DNA of 61,426 nucleotides, counting the filler, from Dugesia japonica (taxonomy: Eukaryota), in the NCBI GenBank assembly GCA_001938525.1. It is 5 parts of 5 records of this genome, joined end to end, with 100 filler letters (N's around TTAATTAATTAA, not from the genome) between each part and the next. Parts side by side here need not be neighbours in the genome. Positions count along the whole stretch, not along the records: positions 40,794 to 52,169 come from MQRL01519543.1; positions 52,270 to 61,426 come from MQRL01604352.1; 3 more parts are not named here. One strand, written 5' to 3'. Below the pieces are notes generated by a model that was not told the DNA's origin, ran no database searches, and was given only the letters and a program-made list of their open reading frames with translations. Shown here piece by piece: positions 41,565 through 54,400 of the stretch; the stretch's first letter is position 1; every line of letters starts with the position of its first letter. Made by a program: the position numbers and the translations under genes.

Positions 41565-42160
41565 GTCATCATCAAACATTTAATGATTATTAAAACAAAC
41601 TATTTATACAGTTTAAATGATTATATAATTTAAATTATTCAATATCAATAAATAATCAATAAAATAATTTAAAGAGCGATGTTGAATCCGTCAAATAAAC
41701 ATTAATTTTAGGATTTAATGCCCTTATTAACAAAGATTCACACATCACTCTCTCCCAATAATTAATGATTTTATACATTTTCTTCGATGCTCAACACGAT
41801 TACTATTTCGACTGTGCTCTTGTACTCTGGTGCAGAGATGACGGGAAGTCTCTCCGATGTATATTGCGTTACACCAATTAAATTTAAGTTGATAGACCAG
41901 ATCAGAGCAAAAGCCTAAAGGGGTTATAGATTTATTATTCAACATATTTATAACCTTATAAGATTGAGATACAATTTTGTGATAAAATTATTTTATTGAT
42001 TATTTATTGAGATTACAGTATTGAAATTTTATAATCATTTAAACTTTATAAATAGTTTGTTTTAATAATCATTAATTTCCTGATGATGACGGTTATTCCG
42101 TCNAAATTAATTGCAGTAAATAAATATTTTTTGAAATGGCGTTCATTCATTTTCATTAAA
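41565..42160 (-). mobile_element. 5'-truncated Penelope-like element with inverted pseudo-LTR
   Basis: GIY-YIG fragment SDLVYQLKFNWCNAIYIGETSRHLCTRVQEH (41945-41700), flanked by an inverted repeat pair at 41565-41660 and 41985-42095, as expected for PLE insertions. Confidence 0.88.
42072..42119 (+). ncRNA. Minimal type I hammerhead ribozyme motif in the PLE pseudo-LTR
   Basis: CTGATGA-T-GACGG-TTATT-CCGTC-(n)AAA-TTAA-TT-GCAGTAA. The n is G in the 40.96 kb copy. Stem III is a short palindrome; stem I is partly mutated. Confidence 0.7.
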
Positions 42161-42431
42161 TTTGTTTAAATTTCAAAAATCTAACAGGTTTTATTATATT
42201 TTTAGAGTAGATAGAAAGAAGGCCTCTTGCTCAGGGGTAGCGGTTTCCATAGCAACGATGGAATGGAAATTATGTAACTGTTGTATAATTATTGTATCCG
42301 TTACGAAATCATTACGTCACTGGTGTCGTGGTAACCGTCGCGCTAGAGTTTATCTACTTTATCCATTTTTCAGTGAAATTTATTAAAACTAAAATGAATA
42401 AATAAATTACAACACGACATAACAAATTCAC

Positions 42432-43157
42432 CTTAACACAATTTCAATGATATATTCGTTATCAAAGCTATCTTCATCATTTGATTTGCGATCTGGCATG
42501 ATGCAATATAACTGTTTCATGTTGACTTTAAATATTGTTGAAATGGCATGTTTTGCTTCGATTATTGTTTTCGGTTTGAATGTAATGAAACAGTGTTTAT
42601 CTTNTCTGTTAATTTTGGTTTTGATTCGGAAATTCCTGGCTTTCCTGAATGAATACAATCAATAATTCATAAATTTATTCAATCAAATATCACCATTTAT
42701 CAATCCTCGTATTCAAATCAATATCATTGGGTAATTCCAATAAATGTCGACTAATAAATCTAAATGAAAATATTCATCATTGAAATATCTCACAAATATC
42801 AACTCATCTTACAATTTCAGCCAATATTGCCAATCATTGTTGGAATCAATCAGATATTTCATGAAATAATTCAGAGAATCGATTCTATTAAATGATATCA
42901 AAATAATTAATCAAAAAATCATTTCAATTTACATTATGCTGCGTACTGATTTATTTATTTTATTTTTATTGTGCAGCTTGAAATGAAAACAACAATTGTT
43001 GAAATAATTTGAAAAATTGATATAATAATTAAGCACAATAGATCTACAAAACAACAAAATAACTAATTAATAAATTATTTCATCTTACCCAATGCTCCAT
43101 TTTGATGTATTTTTGTTGTGTTTTCTGCTATTAGAATAATCCCATAATGCAATACGT
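42432..43157 (-). CDS. Probable downstream exons of the ubiquitin-like-domain gene (43157-43089, 42884-42813, 42644-42432)
   Basis: Three open AG/GT-bounded phase 2-2 exons. The last (NFRIKTK..TIIEAKHAISTIFKVNMKQLY..DEDSF..IEIVLR) looks beta-grasp-like. One intervening exon (~42700-42760) is out of phase; linkage to the upstream exons is inferred. Confidence 0.5.
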
Positions 43158-44282
43158 CTGGATTACACAAATCAATTCATAAAATCAATATTTTCCAATT
43201 AAATATTATTTTTAGTTAATATCTACTTTTATTTTTTCATCAATTATTATATTATATCGATTTATGAAAACATGAACATATATATACATTAATTAATCTG
43301 CAATTGATCAAGTATTATTTGATCAATAAATATATATAAAGAAAACGCAAATTAAAAATTGTTGTGAATCTTTTAAAGATAAAATACAAAAATTTGATAA
43401 TTAATGCTGAATGAATGATTACTGAATTAATTTAGCTATGGTATTAATTTAGCCTTTGTTTTAATTTGAATTGATTAATTATAATTCAGTATTTTTATTG
43501 GAATTGCATGACTGCTCAAATATTTCTTCATTCAATTTTAATAAAAGTGATTCTAACGCTAATTTTGGGAAACATGAACTATACAATTATGAAATTAGAG
43601 GTCTCGGAAAAAATTCCACAGAGTCTTTAGAAATTGTCTGCTTCAGATGTTTAACAACTTCGGTCGAAAAACAAAAACTTTAAATATTAATCACAATAGA
43701 TATAAAATCTTCAAATATTCAGGTTCATTTAATATTCATAATATTTATTCATTAATATTTTATTCATAAGTACTTAAAAATTCTTTATTTTCATTTTTTG
43801 ATATGCACTTTCAAATTCCTATTGCATATCACAAATGCAAAATATAAAAAATACAATAACTAAATTAATTCAAATGAACTCCTGAAATGATAATAATTTT
43901 TCATTGGTCATAAATAGAATCAACACCATTTCAATTACAACAATCAGTGGTGAATAATCCAATTAAAAAATAAATTATGGCAAATAGAATGATATATGTT
44001 TCGTTTTCTGTTAGAAATTATTGATGATGTTATATATATATATATATATATACTTGTTAAAACACTGAATTTATTTTGTTTTAATTAATGAAAGCCAATA
44101 AAAAAATTTGAATGAAAGAAATTGACGAATTTAATAAGCAAAAGTAAAATTAGAATGATAATTGTGGCTGCAAAAATCATTTGATAAATAATATTTTACA
44201 ATTATATTTATGATTGATTACGTTAGATTCAAATCAATAATGTATACTGTAGTGCCTTCGTCATTTATTCAGTAAAACTTAC

Positions 44283-45362
44283 ATTGCAAAGTGAAAATAT
44301 TGATCAAATATCGCTGACGATAAAACACTAAAAGGTTAATCGGTAAAAATCAACTGTCATAAAAACATTAATCTCACTCGTTGTCACATTTTTTCATTAA
44401 AATTTCCAAATAATCCTTACAAATATCCTCAATACGTTTTGTCATATAGATGCAAAAGAAAATTGTCGAATTCAGAAACGGTGAAGGTAAATCTGATAAA
44501 TTTTGATTTAATCTGTCATCCATTGTATCATTTGATGAAATAATTTGTCTGCGACAAATTATAATTGATTAATTTTGAATTATTTAAAGAAATCACTTCA
44601 TTTCTTCCATTACATTTATTAATTTTGATTTTGCTGATTCAGTTTTGTTATCATCAAAAATCGGGGTATCACTAAATTGGAAGTAATCAATCAATAATCA
44701 CAATTTCACCAATGCTCACAAGAAATATTGATGCACCCAAAGTATGTCATACAAGTATTTGCAGTAATCAAATGTATTGCACCACTTATTTCCTCCTTTA
44801 TCATCACATCTAATTACAAATTAAATTAATCGATATTCAAATTCACCTAATGATTAATTTGTAGTCCCCATTTGGGTCAATCTCAGTGATATTTTGATAA
44901 TTTTTCATTTCTTTGCCATCTATATTCCAAATATTAGTTATTTCAGAATGAATTCTTTCTATTATTGCTCTGATAATTGAAATGGTATCATTTATTTTAA
45001 TTACCAAATATTCACCACCACACCTATCATCTAGAACGTTAAACACATAAACAATAGCGTTGTCTCTGCAATAAATGAAATCAATCAATAATATTGCATT
45101 TGTATTAATTGATTTACTTTTTCAAATAATTCTCAATTATACCAAACTCAATTTCATCATTTTCACGTAATTTATAATGATTTATCATATTATTGCCACG
45201 TAAAATAATATTTCCATGAAATAATTTATATTTCATAAATTTTCCATTTAAATATAGAATATCTTTTAATTTATTTTCTAGATTTTCCACAGTTGAATTA
45301 TCGTCAATCTGAATTTCTATTTTTTCATCATTATTTTCTTTATTTATAATAAAAATTTTCAT
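44283..45362 (-). CDS. Unknown multi-exon protein with N-terminal ubiquitin-like domain(s); exons 45362-45118, 45065-44847, 44809-44720, 44671-44597, 44548-44378, 44327-44283
   Basis: Five GT-AG introns (52, 37, 48, 48, 50 nt) splice into one open frame. Exon 1 MKIFI..KIEIQIDDNSTVENLENKL..KLFHGNIILRGNNMINHYKLRENDEI has the ubiquitin-fold pattern; exon 2 has a weaker second copy. No C-terminal GG. Confidence 0.75.
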
Positions 45363-48300
45363 TTGTTGGTGTTAAATAATCTGAAAAAATCAATTCAAAT
45401 TTAATTATTAATAAAAACTTAATTTAATTTATTTAAATAATTATATAATTAATATAATTAATAATTATATTATTATTGGTGTTAAATAATCGGAAATATT
45501 TATAATTTCACAATTAATAAAATATTAATTTAATTTATTTAAATAATTATATAATTAATTGATTCAATAAAACTGATGGAATTTCTACTATTTTTAAATT
45601 ATAAAATAAATGATAAATTTGATAATAAATATCAAAATATAATTAATTTAATTTATTAAAAATTATTTAATAATAATCGATGAAAACTTACAAATATGTT
45701 AAAATCTTTAAATATTATTATTTTCTTGTGTATAGATATAATTGATTCATTAAAACACTGAAAGATTTTTTATTTTAATTTCTTTTGATTGGCAAAAATT
45801 TTAACCATAAGTACTAAAATTGTAAATCATTGACAATAAAATTCTAAAAATTAAATTTTCTTTTGTTCAAACTATANNNNNNNNNNNNNNNNNNNNNNNN
45901 NNNNNNNNNNNNNNNNNNNNNNNNNNNNNNNNNNNNNNNNNNNNNNNNNNNNNNNNNNNNNNNNNNNNNNNNNNNNNNNNNNNNNNNNNNNNNNNNNNNN
46001 NNNNNNNNNNNNNNNNNNNNNNNNNNNNNNNNNNNNNNNNNNNNNNNNNNNNNNNNNNNNNNNNNNNNNNNNNNNNNNNNNNNNNNNNNNNNNNNNNNNN
46101 NNNNNNNNNNNNNNNCAATATCGTCATCTAGTTTAGGAAATATATCAAAATCTACTTCCTCGGGAATAGGAATTTTCAGACACTTATTTAGTGATTTTCA
46201 CTCACTTCTTTGTTATAACTCAAACCTGAAATTTCATGAGGTCTTAACTGAATCAATAGTGACAGTTTCAAAATTTTCGCGATCTAATACTGATGAATCT
46301 AACAAATTTGATAAAAAGCCAACATTTTCATCATATACCTTTAGATATTTGACAGTCAATTTACTCTTGAAAATGATGACACTATATTGTATGATGTTTG
46401 GCAAAACAAATGAAATTAAAATTATATAAGAGCTAGTACCCGAAAAAGATAGTAATGAATTTNNNNNNNNNNNNNNNNNNNNNNNNNNNNNNNNNNNNNN
46501 NNNNNNNNNNNNNNNNNNNNNNNNNNNNNNNNNNNNNNNNNNNNNTTTGTGCGAATTGGTTGAATTGTAACAAATAAATATTATCACTAGTTAATAAAAA
46601 AATCTTCAATAAATTTTTATTCAACAAATATTTGACAAAATGTTTTCTTTTTTTCGGAAATTTTGCAAATTTTTAATAAAACTGAGCTTATTTAGATAAT
46701 AGTCGATGCATACAAACAATTTGACTTTGAACCAAAATATCCAATAAAATACATCACCGATTAAAAATAATAAATGATTCTTTTTCTAATTTTGTCAATT
46801 TACCAATTGAATGATTCGGCCACATTTAGATTTCTTTGGTCGCATGTCAACTTTTATTTTTTATTAACAACAAAAGGGGTTGGGATTTAGTCCCTTAAAA
46901 TTTATTTTAAATTAATTTTAATAAATTAATTTTTTAATAAATTAATTATTAAAAAATTATTAATAAAAAATAATTAATTATGTATTAAATTAATAAAAAT
47001 TTTGAGTCTAAATTAATTATTTTATTTAAATTTAATTATTCAAAATTTTTTTATCATGTTTTTATTCACATTCTCATTTTACAAAAATGATTTTATTTTA
47101 AATTTTATTTACTAAAATGATATGTGATAAAATGATATGTTGTTTCCTTTTACCTTTACCATTTATTATGCTCATATTAATTATTTTTGTTAGATTATTT
47201 TGGAGTGCTCATCGAATTGAATTCACAACTTTCTTCTATAAAGGATTTATTCACAAAACAAAAACGACATCCATCACTATTTGTATATTTAAACAAATTA
47301 AAACTCTATGTTTAATTGGAAATCTTATTTTCAATTTATTAAAATTTAAAATAAAATCTTATTTTATTATTGAATTTTCAATTAAAATATTTTTAAAATA
47401 CATAATCATTCATTATTTAATTTATTAATTAAAAAATTTTCGGTATTTACAAACAAAGTCATTTTTAAAAAAATTTAGAATAAATTATGCATAAAATATT
47501 TAAACTAATCCTTAAACTAATTCTTAATTTTTGTCCAAAAATTTAATTTAATTTCTTATTTAATTTCTAACTTTTCTAATTTTAAAAAAGATTGCAATAA
47601 AAAGATTTTCAACCACACAAAAAAATTTCAACCCGCTTTTCAAAACATTTTATTATTATTTTTGGATTTATTGATTTTACTATTTATATTTACATTGATA
47701 TATACATTTGAATTTAATTATGTGATATATTAATTATTCATTTGAGCATTTTAAATAATATATATGATTTTTCTATATTATGCAATTTTTTAAATGTGTT
47801 GATTATTAACATTATTATTCTTCTATTTTAGTTAATTTTATCATTTTATTAATACTTATCTATTACATATCTAGACAGATTGAAGACTCTTAAATATTCT
47901 AGAAAATTATTCAAAACAAGAAAAAGTGTTTGTTGAAACTAATATTTTATTTTTACATTCTTTCCCGCTTTTCTTTATTCTTGATATTTCGCAAAAATGT
48001 ATTGAATTTTGCAAAAACACCTTATTTTTTGAATCATCTTATGCTTTTCTCTTAAGATTTATGTTTCATTCATTTTTATAATGATTTTATGTATAGTTTC
48101 TAAATATTTCTATTTTTTTATTAGACTTCAAATTAAAGACACAACTTTTTTATAATACTTGTTTATTTAGATAACATTATTCACAATTACTCGGATTAAA
48201 ATTCAAAAAATAAAAATGAGTGCTAAAACATATTAAATAAATGTTAAAAAAAATTAAAATTACGTAATACTTTTCATAATATAATGTTTAAAATTAAAAT

Positions 48301-48459
48301 TTGTATTGTTTATTAAATATTACTCCTTTCCGATTTCATAATTCTCATTAAGTATTTTTATATTACTCAATTTATTGATAGGTTATTTAAAATGCTAATT
48401 TAAAATTCTTAAAATTTGAAATCGATTTCCATGAAAATTTACAATTTCAAAAATCTATT

Positions 48460-48700
48460 TCCTTATTTGTGCTTTTGTGAATGACTTTCGTTTCATTAAA
48501 GGCTTTGTTATAACTTTCCTAACAAATAAACCTTGCTTTCATACTCCATTAAAATTCTTCCAAACTTTGGGCTTTCTTTGAGTAATTATTGAAGAACTAT
48601 CTATTATAATTATTTATTTCAATAAAACTCTTCAAATTCTTTACACATTTTGGTCTTTTGAAGTTTCGCTTGCTTCAATTTTTGTCGGGTCAGTTCTGGC
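48460..48700 (-). mobile_element. Gypsy RT/connection fragment related to the 6-9 kb element
   Basis: Clear nucleotide similarity to 6560-6810 (RTDPxKIEA..AAAATGTGTAAAGAA..TAATTACTCAAAGAA..ACAAAAGCAC). The decayed flanks probably extend further. Confidence 0.75.
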
Positions 48701-50699
48701 TTGTAGTATTTTCTAAACTTTTATATATTTCTTGTAATAAATGATACTTTTTGAATTTATTCTTAACCGTGATTCTTGTTTTGAGATCACAGATACGCAT
48801 AACACAATTTATAAACAAACATACACACGCAAAACATAAAAAGAGTATCAAACCATCAATCTTCAAATACAATCAATTATTCTCAATTAGACCATCAACC
48901 TTCAAATAGATCCTTCAATCACAATGTCTATTGAACAGACATTTATTTTATTTTTAATACAATTTAATTACGTATTGATTTTTTTTTGTACAGTGCAAAT
49001 TATGTTGACTTTATTTTTTCAAAAAAATATGAAATTTAATTGCAATCTGTTTAGTTTATATGTAAATCGATTAATTTAGAAATTCAATCTGTTTAGTTTA
49101 TTTATATAATTTGGAATTATTATTAAAAAAAATTATTTTGAATTATTGATTTGACTCTTGGAATTTAATGATAATTGAAAATTAAATTATTTGAACAAGT
49201 AAATTTTTTATTTATTTTGTAAAGTGTTTTTATTTTTATTGGTGAAAGGTGTTTTGCATGAGAATGAAATCAGTATAAATACTGAATGATTTCATTCAGT
49301 TTTTAGACAAAAGCTTTCAATTAGCATCCAACCTCTCTGGGTGGCATCGCTAATTTGAATTTAAAATAAGCTAATAAGGTCTAGTGTTTGTAACCATATA
49401 TTGTTTTATTCACCAAAAATAAATTATTGTAAACGGTATATTCTTGATTTATTTATGTAAGGTACCTACACATATATTACACTATTTATAAATTTCATTT
49501 AACGATATATATTATATAATATTGTGGTGACATATCAAAGGTAAAACTAACACCCGTAAATTCACAAACATATTTTCATTCAGTAGTTTTAAAATAACGA
49601 ACCATAAAATAACTTGTTGAGTAGAAATACCCAAGACAACAACAAAAACACCAACTATCAATTTGTTTGTAAACAAATTTTTAAAAAAGCTAACATTTTT
49701 ATTTAATTCTGACCGAAGTTTTTTAAAAATATACTCAAAAACAATAAATTTTAAAAATTAATCATTTTATAAAATTTTATATTTAACAAAAATATTCAAA
49801 ATTAAAATATTATAAATTTTTGAAAATTAACATTTACAAAATTTTATAATCAAAAATATTTTCAATTAAATTTTCTAACTTTATTACATGAAGTTAATTT
49901 AATTATTTATTAAACTATTTTCGTTAACCATTTCGGTTGAACTATCAAAAAGTTTAACTGTCTGAAATCATACTTACAAAATTAATATGAAAAAAATTAA
50001 AGGTAGTGAGAAGAGCAATAAGTGACCATCCATAATAAAGAAATATTATAAATTATAATTGAATTAATCAAAATCTTGAGAAAATAAAATGAAGAAATAA
50101 TAAGGAAAAAATTAATTAACTAAGGCAAAAAAAAGGTAATTGAGAAGAAAATCTGAAAAAGGTGAGTAACTATTCAGAGAATTGGCAAAAACCACGAGAT
50201 AAGAAAATCTGGAAAGCTCTCAATAAAAGCCGTTATGCCAGGATTAAAAAGGTATAATTTTCACGAGAGTCAAGAAGAGATAAAGAAGATTGATTCAATA
50301 AGATACCAAGAAAAATACGAAAAACAAAGATCTAAGAGTCATGGGTTACTTAAAATAGCACCCAATAAGAAACAAAGAGCATACAAAACAATTTGAGTTT
50401 TTACAAGGAAGGACCAATGAAATCATGAAAAGAAAAGTTAAAATAAAGACCCAATAAGAATAAAGTTGATGTGTAAGGAAAAGTGGTAAAAAAACCCTCA
50501 AAACGTATTATTTTCAGACAATAAAATCTAGTTTTTGTGATAAATACCCTTGAATTATCTTAGAAATCTATTTTAATTGTTGCAGAAATGGATTATTACG
50601 AACAAGTATGAGTTTTATTTTAATTGTAATCTTGTTATTGACATATTATATTATTCAATGAAAAATTGATGTTAATATTTTTAGTTTTTGAAATTAATC

Positions 50700-52169
50700 C
50701 AGTAAAAAATTATTTGTATAAGATCAACCCGTTTTCATATATAAACTAATTACATTCCTCTCTGACCACTTTCACTGAATAAGTTCTCTGCTATTTTTTC
50801 GTATTAATCGCAAACAATTGCTTCACTTAGTTAGATGATGAGACTATCGGATAATTATGTAAACATAGATCACTCATGAATCGACTCTTCAACTAGACGC
50901 TATACCAATCATCAGTTGATTATTGAAAAATACCTAACAGCGTGACCACTTAACCAGGATGTTAAAATAAGTTGTTCTAATTCCTAACGTGTCGTGTATA
51001 TACATGCTAACTTTAGTTAGTAGAATTAACTTTAAATAAATCATTCCCACCGCGACGACATGTTACATAGTAGCGGATAAGTACTTGTTTACATAGTCTA
51101 GTAACATCACGCAATTCCAAACAAAGCATCGACACGAGTCAAATCAATTATTGTTGTCATTAGTGTTAGGCATTAAGGAATGTTGGTATGAACAAGTCGT
51201 GATCACTGTTTTCAAATGCACACCAACTGTATGTAAATAAACCCAATTAATCGCAATAAGTACAGTGACGTTCACCTCGCTTGATTAGTGCCAGTGTCAA
51301 TTAATTACATTGACAGATGGTGTGAATACAATTAGTTATTTTTAGCCCTGACAAAATATTAGATAAGAATCGCAATATAACCGATGCAATAATAATGATC
51401 CATTCATAAATAGATAATTTTGCAATAATAATTAAGATTCTTATCGTCCAATAATATATTTATTGCTATTCTTATGTTACTAAAGATATTATGCTTTGTG
51501 AGTAAAGTAGTTTTATACCCAAGATTTATATTATTATCATTAACATTGTTATTCCGAGCGTTATTATTCTTTTCGTTATCATTACTAACAAAATCAGCAT
51601 TAAAATTACCCTTATCATCATTAGCGTTATTACTCTCGTTTTATTTAATTATTATTGCTATAGCTGCTAACGATTATTTTCCCCATTATTATTATGTAAT
51701 ATTGTTTTATACCTGAATTCCGTTGGATACCATGACAATTATTATTACTGATGTGATTATTTGCCAGAAAACTCCCGCATTATTGCGCCGTACGCTCGTT
51801 ATTGCGGCACTATCATTTCCGTAACGCCCCACGCTTCTAATCGCATTCCGGTTATTAACAATGCTAACATGATCGATGTCCAAATTTTAAAGTGAACAAA
51901 ATGGACGTTCTAAGTAATCATGGTTGTCTTCGTTGCATCAATTAAGTAGGTATCAAACACATTATTCGTTCATACTGATGGTGTAATGAAATCTTGAACT
52001 TATATTTCTTTTCTCATTTTAGTGAATCCAAGTTCGAGTACGATGACCGGTTGGAAATTATACCATCTAAATGATGGTTACACCGTAGACAAACCGGTGA
52101 GATTTCGTTTAAGTGAGAGTACTGGCATATTAGTAGAACGTACTGATATGGCCCCTATCTTCCAGGAAA
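50700..52169 (+). mobile_element. Diverged relative of the unclassified 20-23 kb element
   Basis: Same layout: YIVADKYLFT..IT vs YLTVANSLFT..IT; TTA-rich block sharing ATTAACATTGTT and GAGCGTTATT; then TTTTAG followed by an ORF block (52022). Confidence 0.45.
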
Positions 52170-52269
52170 NNNNNNNNNNNNNNNNNNNNNNNNNNNNNNN
52201 NNNNNNNNNNNNNTTAATTAATTAANNNNNNNNNNNNNNNNNNNNNNNNNNNNNNNNNNNNNNNNNNNN
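52170..52269. other. Artificial assembly spacer
   Basis: 44N-TTAATTAATTAA-44N. Confidence 0.95.
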
Positions 52270-53530
52270 TTTGTATCTGGACTCCATAAGGTTGTTTCTC
52301 ATATGGTGATACGACTGTTTAGGATTTCTGTCTCTAAATTTGTCTGGTGAAATTTTGGCCAGTTCCTGCTGGATTTCGAGAAGAGATTCAGTCGTTGTGA
52401 TTAAACCCTTCATAAGTCTNNNNNNNNNNNNNNNNNNNNNNNNNNNNNNNNCTTCCTTGATAGGTTTTTTGTTAATTGTTTTAATGTGTTCATTTACCAT
52501 ATCCTTGATTCTTAAACGGTATTCTTTAACATTTGGAAAATATAAATTTTGGTTGTTTAGGAGGCATTTTGCAAAGTGCAAAATGAAAATTTCACAATCA
52601 TTATTTTTTATCAGTAAAGGATGGATATACGATGTTTCGGAGTTTATAGAGATTTCCTCCTTAGGATAGTAGTAGTTTGAGAAGATTTTGTNNNNNNNNN
52701 NNNNNNNNNNNNNNNNNNNNNNNNNNNNNNNNNNNNNNNNNNNNNNNNNNNNNNNNNNNNNNNNNNNNNNNNNNNNNNNNNNNNNNNNNNNNNNNNNNNN
52801 NNNNNNNNNNNNNNNNNNNNNNNNNNNNNNNNNNNNNNNNNNNNNNNNNNNNNNNNNNNNNNNNNNNNNNNNNNNNNNNNNNNNNNNNNNNNNNNNNNNN
52901 NNNNNNNNNNNNNNNNNNNNNNNNNNNNNNNNNNNNNNNNNNNNNNNNNNNNNNNNNNNNNNNNNNAATATACTTCCTAAGATAAGCTTCTATGACATGG
53001 TTGCTTAGTCATAGTTGCGAGGCATCAGATTCAACGAGAATATAATTGCCAGGTATTTCCACAGGAAGAGCAATATTCTTGCAAGAAACGAGGTGTTGAA
53101 TAATATTATCGAGATTCGTACTAAGGCCACATTTGCAGAGAATGATATTATCAGTGATATTTGTGGCATCCTTAAGATAAAGATCGATATGTTCCTTGAT
53201 TTTGGCAGGATCTTAAGGATTCGTAAAGATAGAGCCACAGGTTTTTCATTGATTAAAAGTTTCACTAATGAAAATAAAGTATTGAAATTTGTTGGTACTG
53301 ATAAAATATGTCTGCTTGAACTATCATATGATTATTAATTCCAGAACTTTACTAAATACATTTTATTTTCAAGGTTTTGGACCATCTTGTATTATGGACG
53401 ATTAATGATATTATATAGATGTCACACAGAATTATGAGAACGGATGCCAAAGCCAGTTTATATTTAGAAGAATGGTTCTTTATTACAAAATTGCCAAACA
53501 AGATCCTGGAGTTATGGAATTCCCTGGGGC
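52270..53530 (-). mobile_element. 5' part of a NeSL-type (RLE) non-LTR retrotransposon with Zn-finger-like and Ulp1/C48 protease domains, decayed
   Basis: Manual translation: *KTCGSIF..KEHI, LCKCG..IIQHLVSC, (W>*)LSNHVIEAYLRKYI, gap, NNDC(E)IFILHFAKCLL..FPNVKEYRLRI. RT is not in the window, so the clade call rests on the protease. Confidence 0.65.
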
Positions 53531-54400
53531 TCAACGGTATTCACACTGAGCCCTTTTAGATCGCGCAGGATTACTTGTGTCAGTAAAAATTTGAAATAAA
53601 ATCTTTTAAAGAAAAGATATCAATCCATGGGTAAAAACTTGCGGAGCACTTAACTACACTAGACGACTTACAAGATATGAAAGACTGGTGAGACATTCAT
53701 AGGACATAAAACGTGCCGATCTCCAAAAGATCAAATTTTAATCTCATCAACTATATTAAACCTCTTTGCTCGTCATCAATATTTGTCGTAAGCATTCTCT
53801 TTTCCGACTCAAATTGTAATTCATCAGTTGGAATCTTTCTCGATTTATCATTAATAATTTAGGCGCACGATCATAGTTTTTTAGGCCTTTCGGATTATTC
53901 CTAATCAAGAAATTACATATTTATTCAATAACTAAAAATTACGTTTTTTAAAATTGATAATATTAGGGCTTCCAATAAAAAGATTAAAGGTTCTAACAAA
54001 TACTTAAGTAGATCGCCGTATTGACAATAAACTTAACATTATGCTTAGTTAATCATTATAAAAATAATAAACTTCGCCACAAAGGATAACTTTACAATTA
54101 AACAGAGAAATATTCTTTATTGATTTTAGTTACTTATAAATATATATATATATATATATATAAGTAGTGTATTAATTAATAATTTGCGCCACACTATATA
54201 CTACCGTACCGTAAAATATAGGTCAAATTAAATATGTCAAATGTATAATTTTAAAAATATATGTTAAACGAATAGCGCGAAAAAATATATGTCTAATTAA
54301 AAAAATGTCAAAGATGTAACATTTAACATGCGACATTTGACATGCGACATGTTACATGCGTGATAATATATTCACGCATTTAAGAGGAAATAAATAGAGT

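Noticed and set aside
46116-46860. Coding-like remnants (possible integrase VCIDYY motif)
   Set aside because: Fragmented by gaps; cannot be assigned.
49250-50520. LTR-like segment with TGGTGAC PBS-like site and A-rich internal region
   Set aside because: Too degenerate; no diagnostic protein motif recovered.
53015-53338. 107-aa plus-strand ORF
   Set aside because: Antisense shadow of the minus-strand retroelement ORF.
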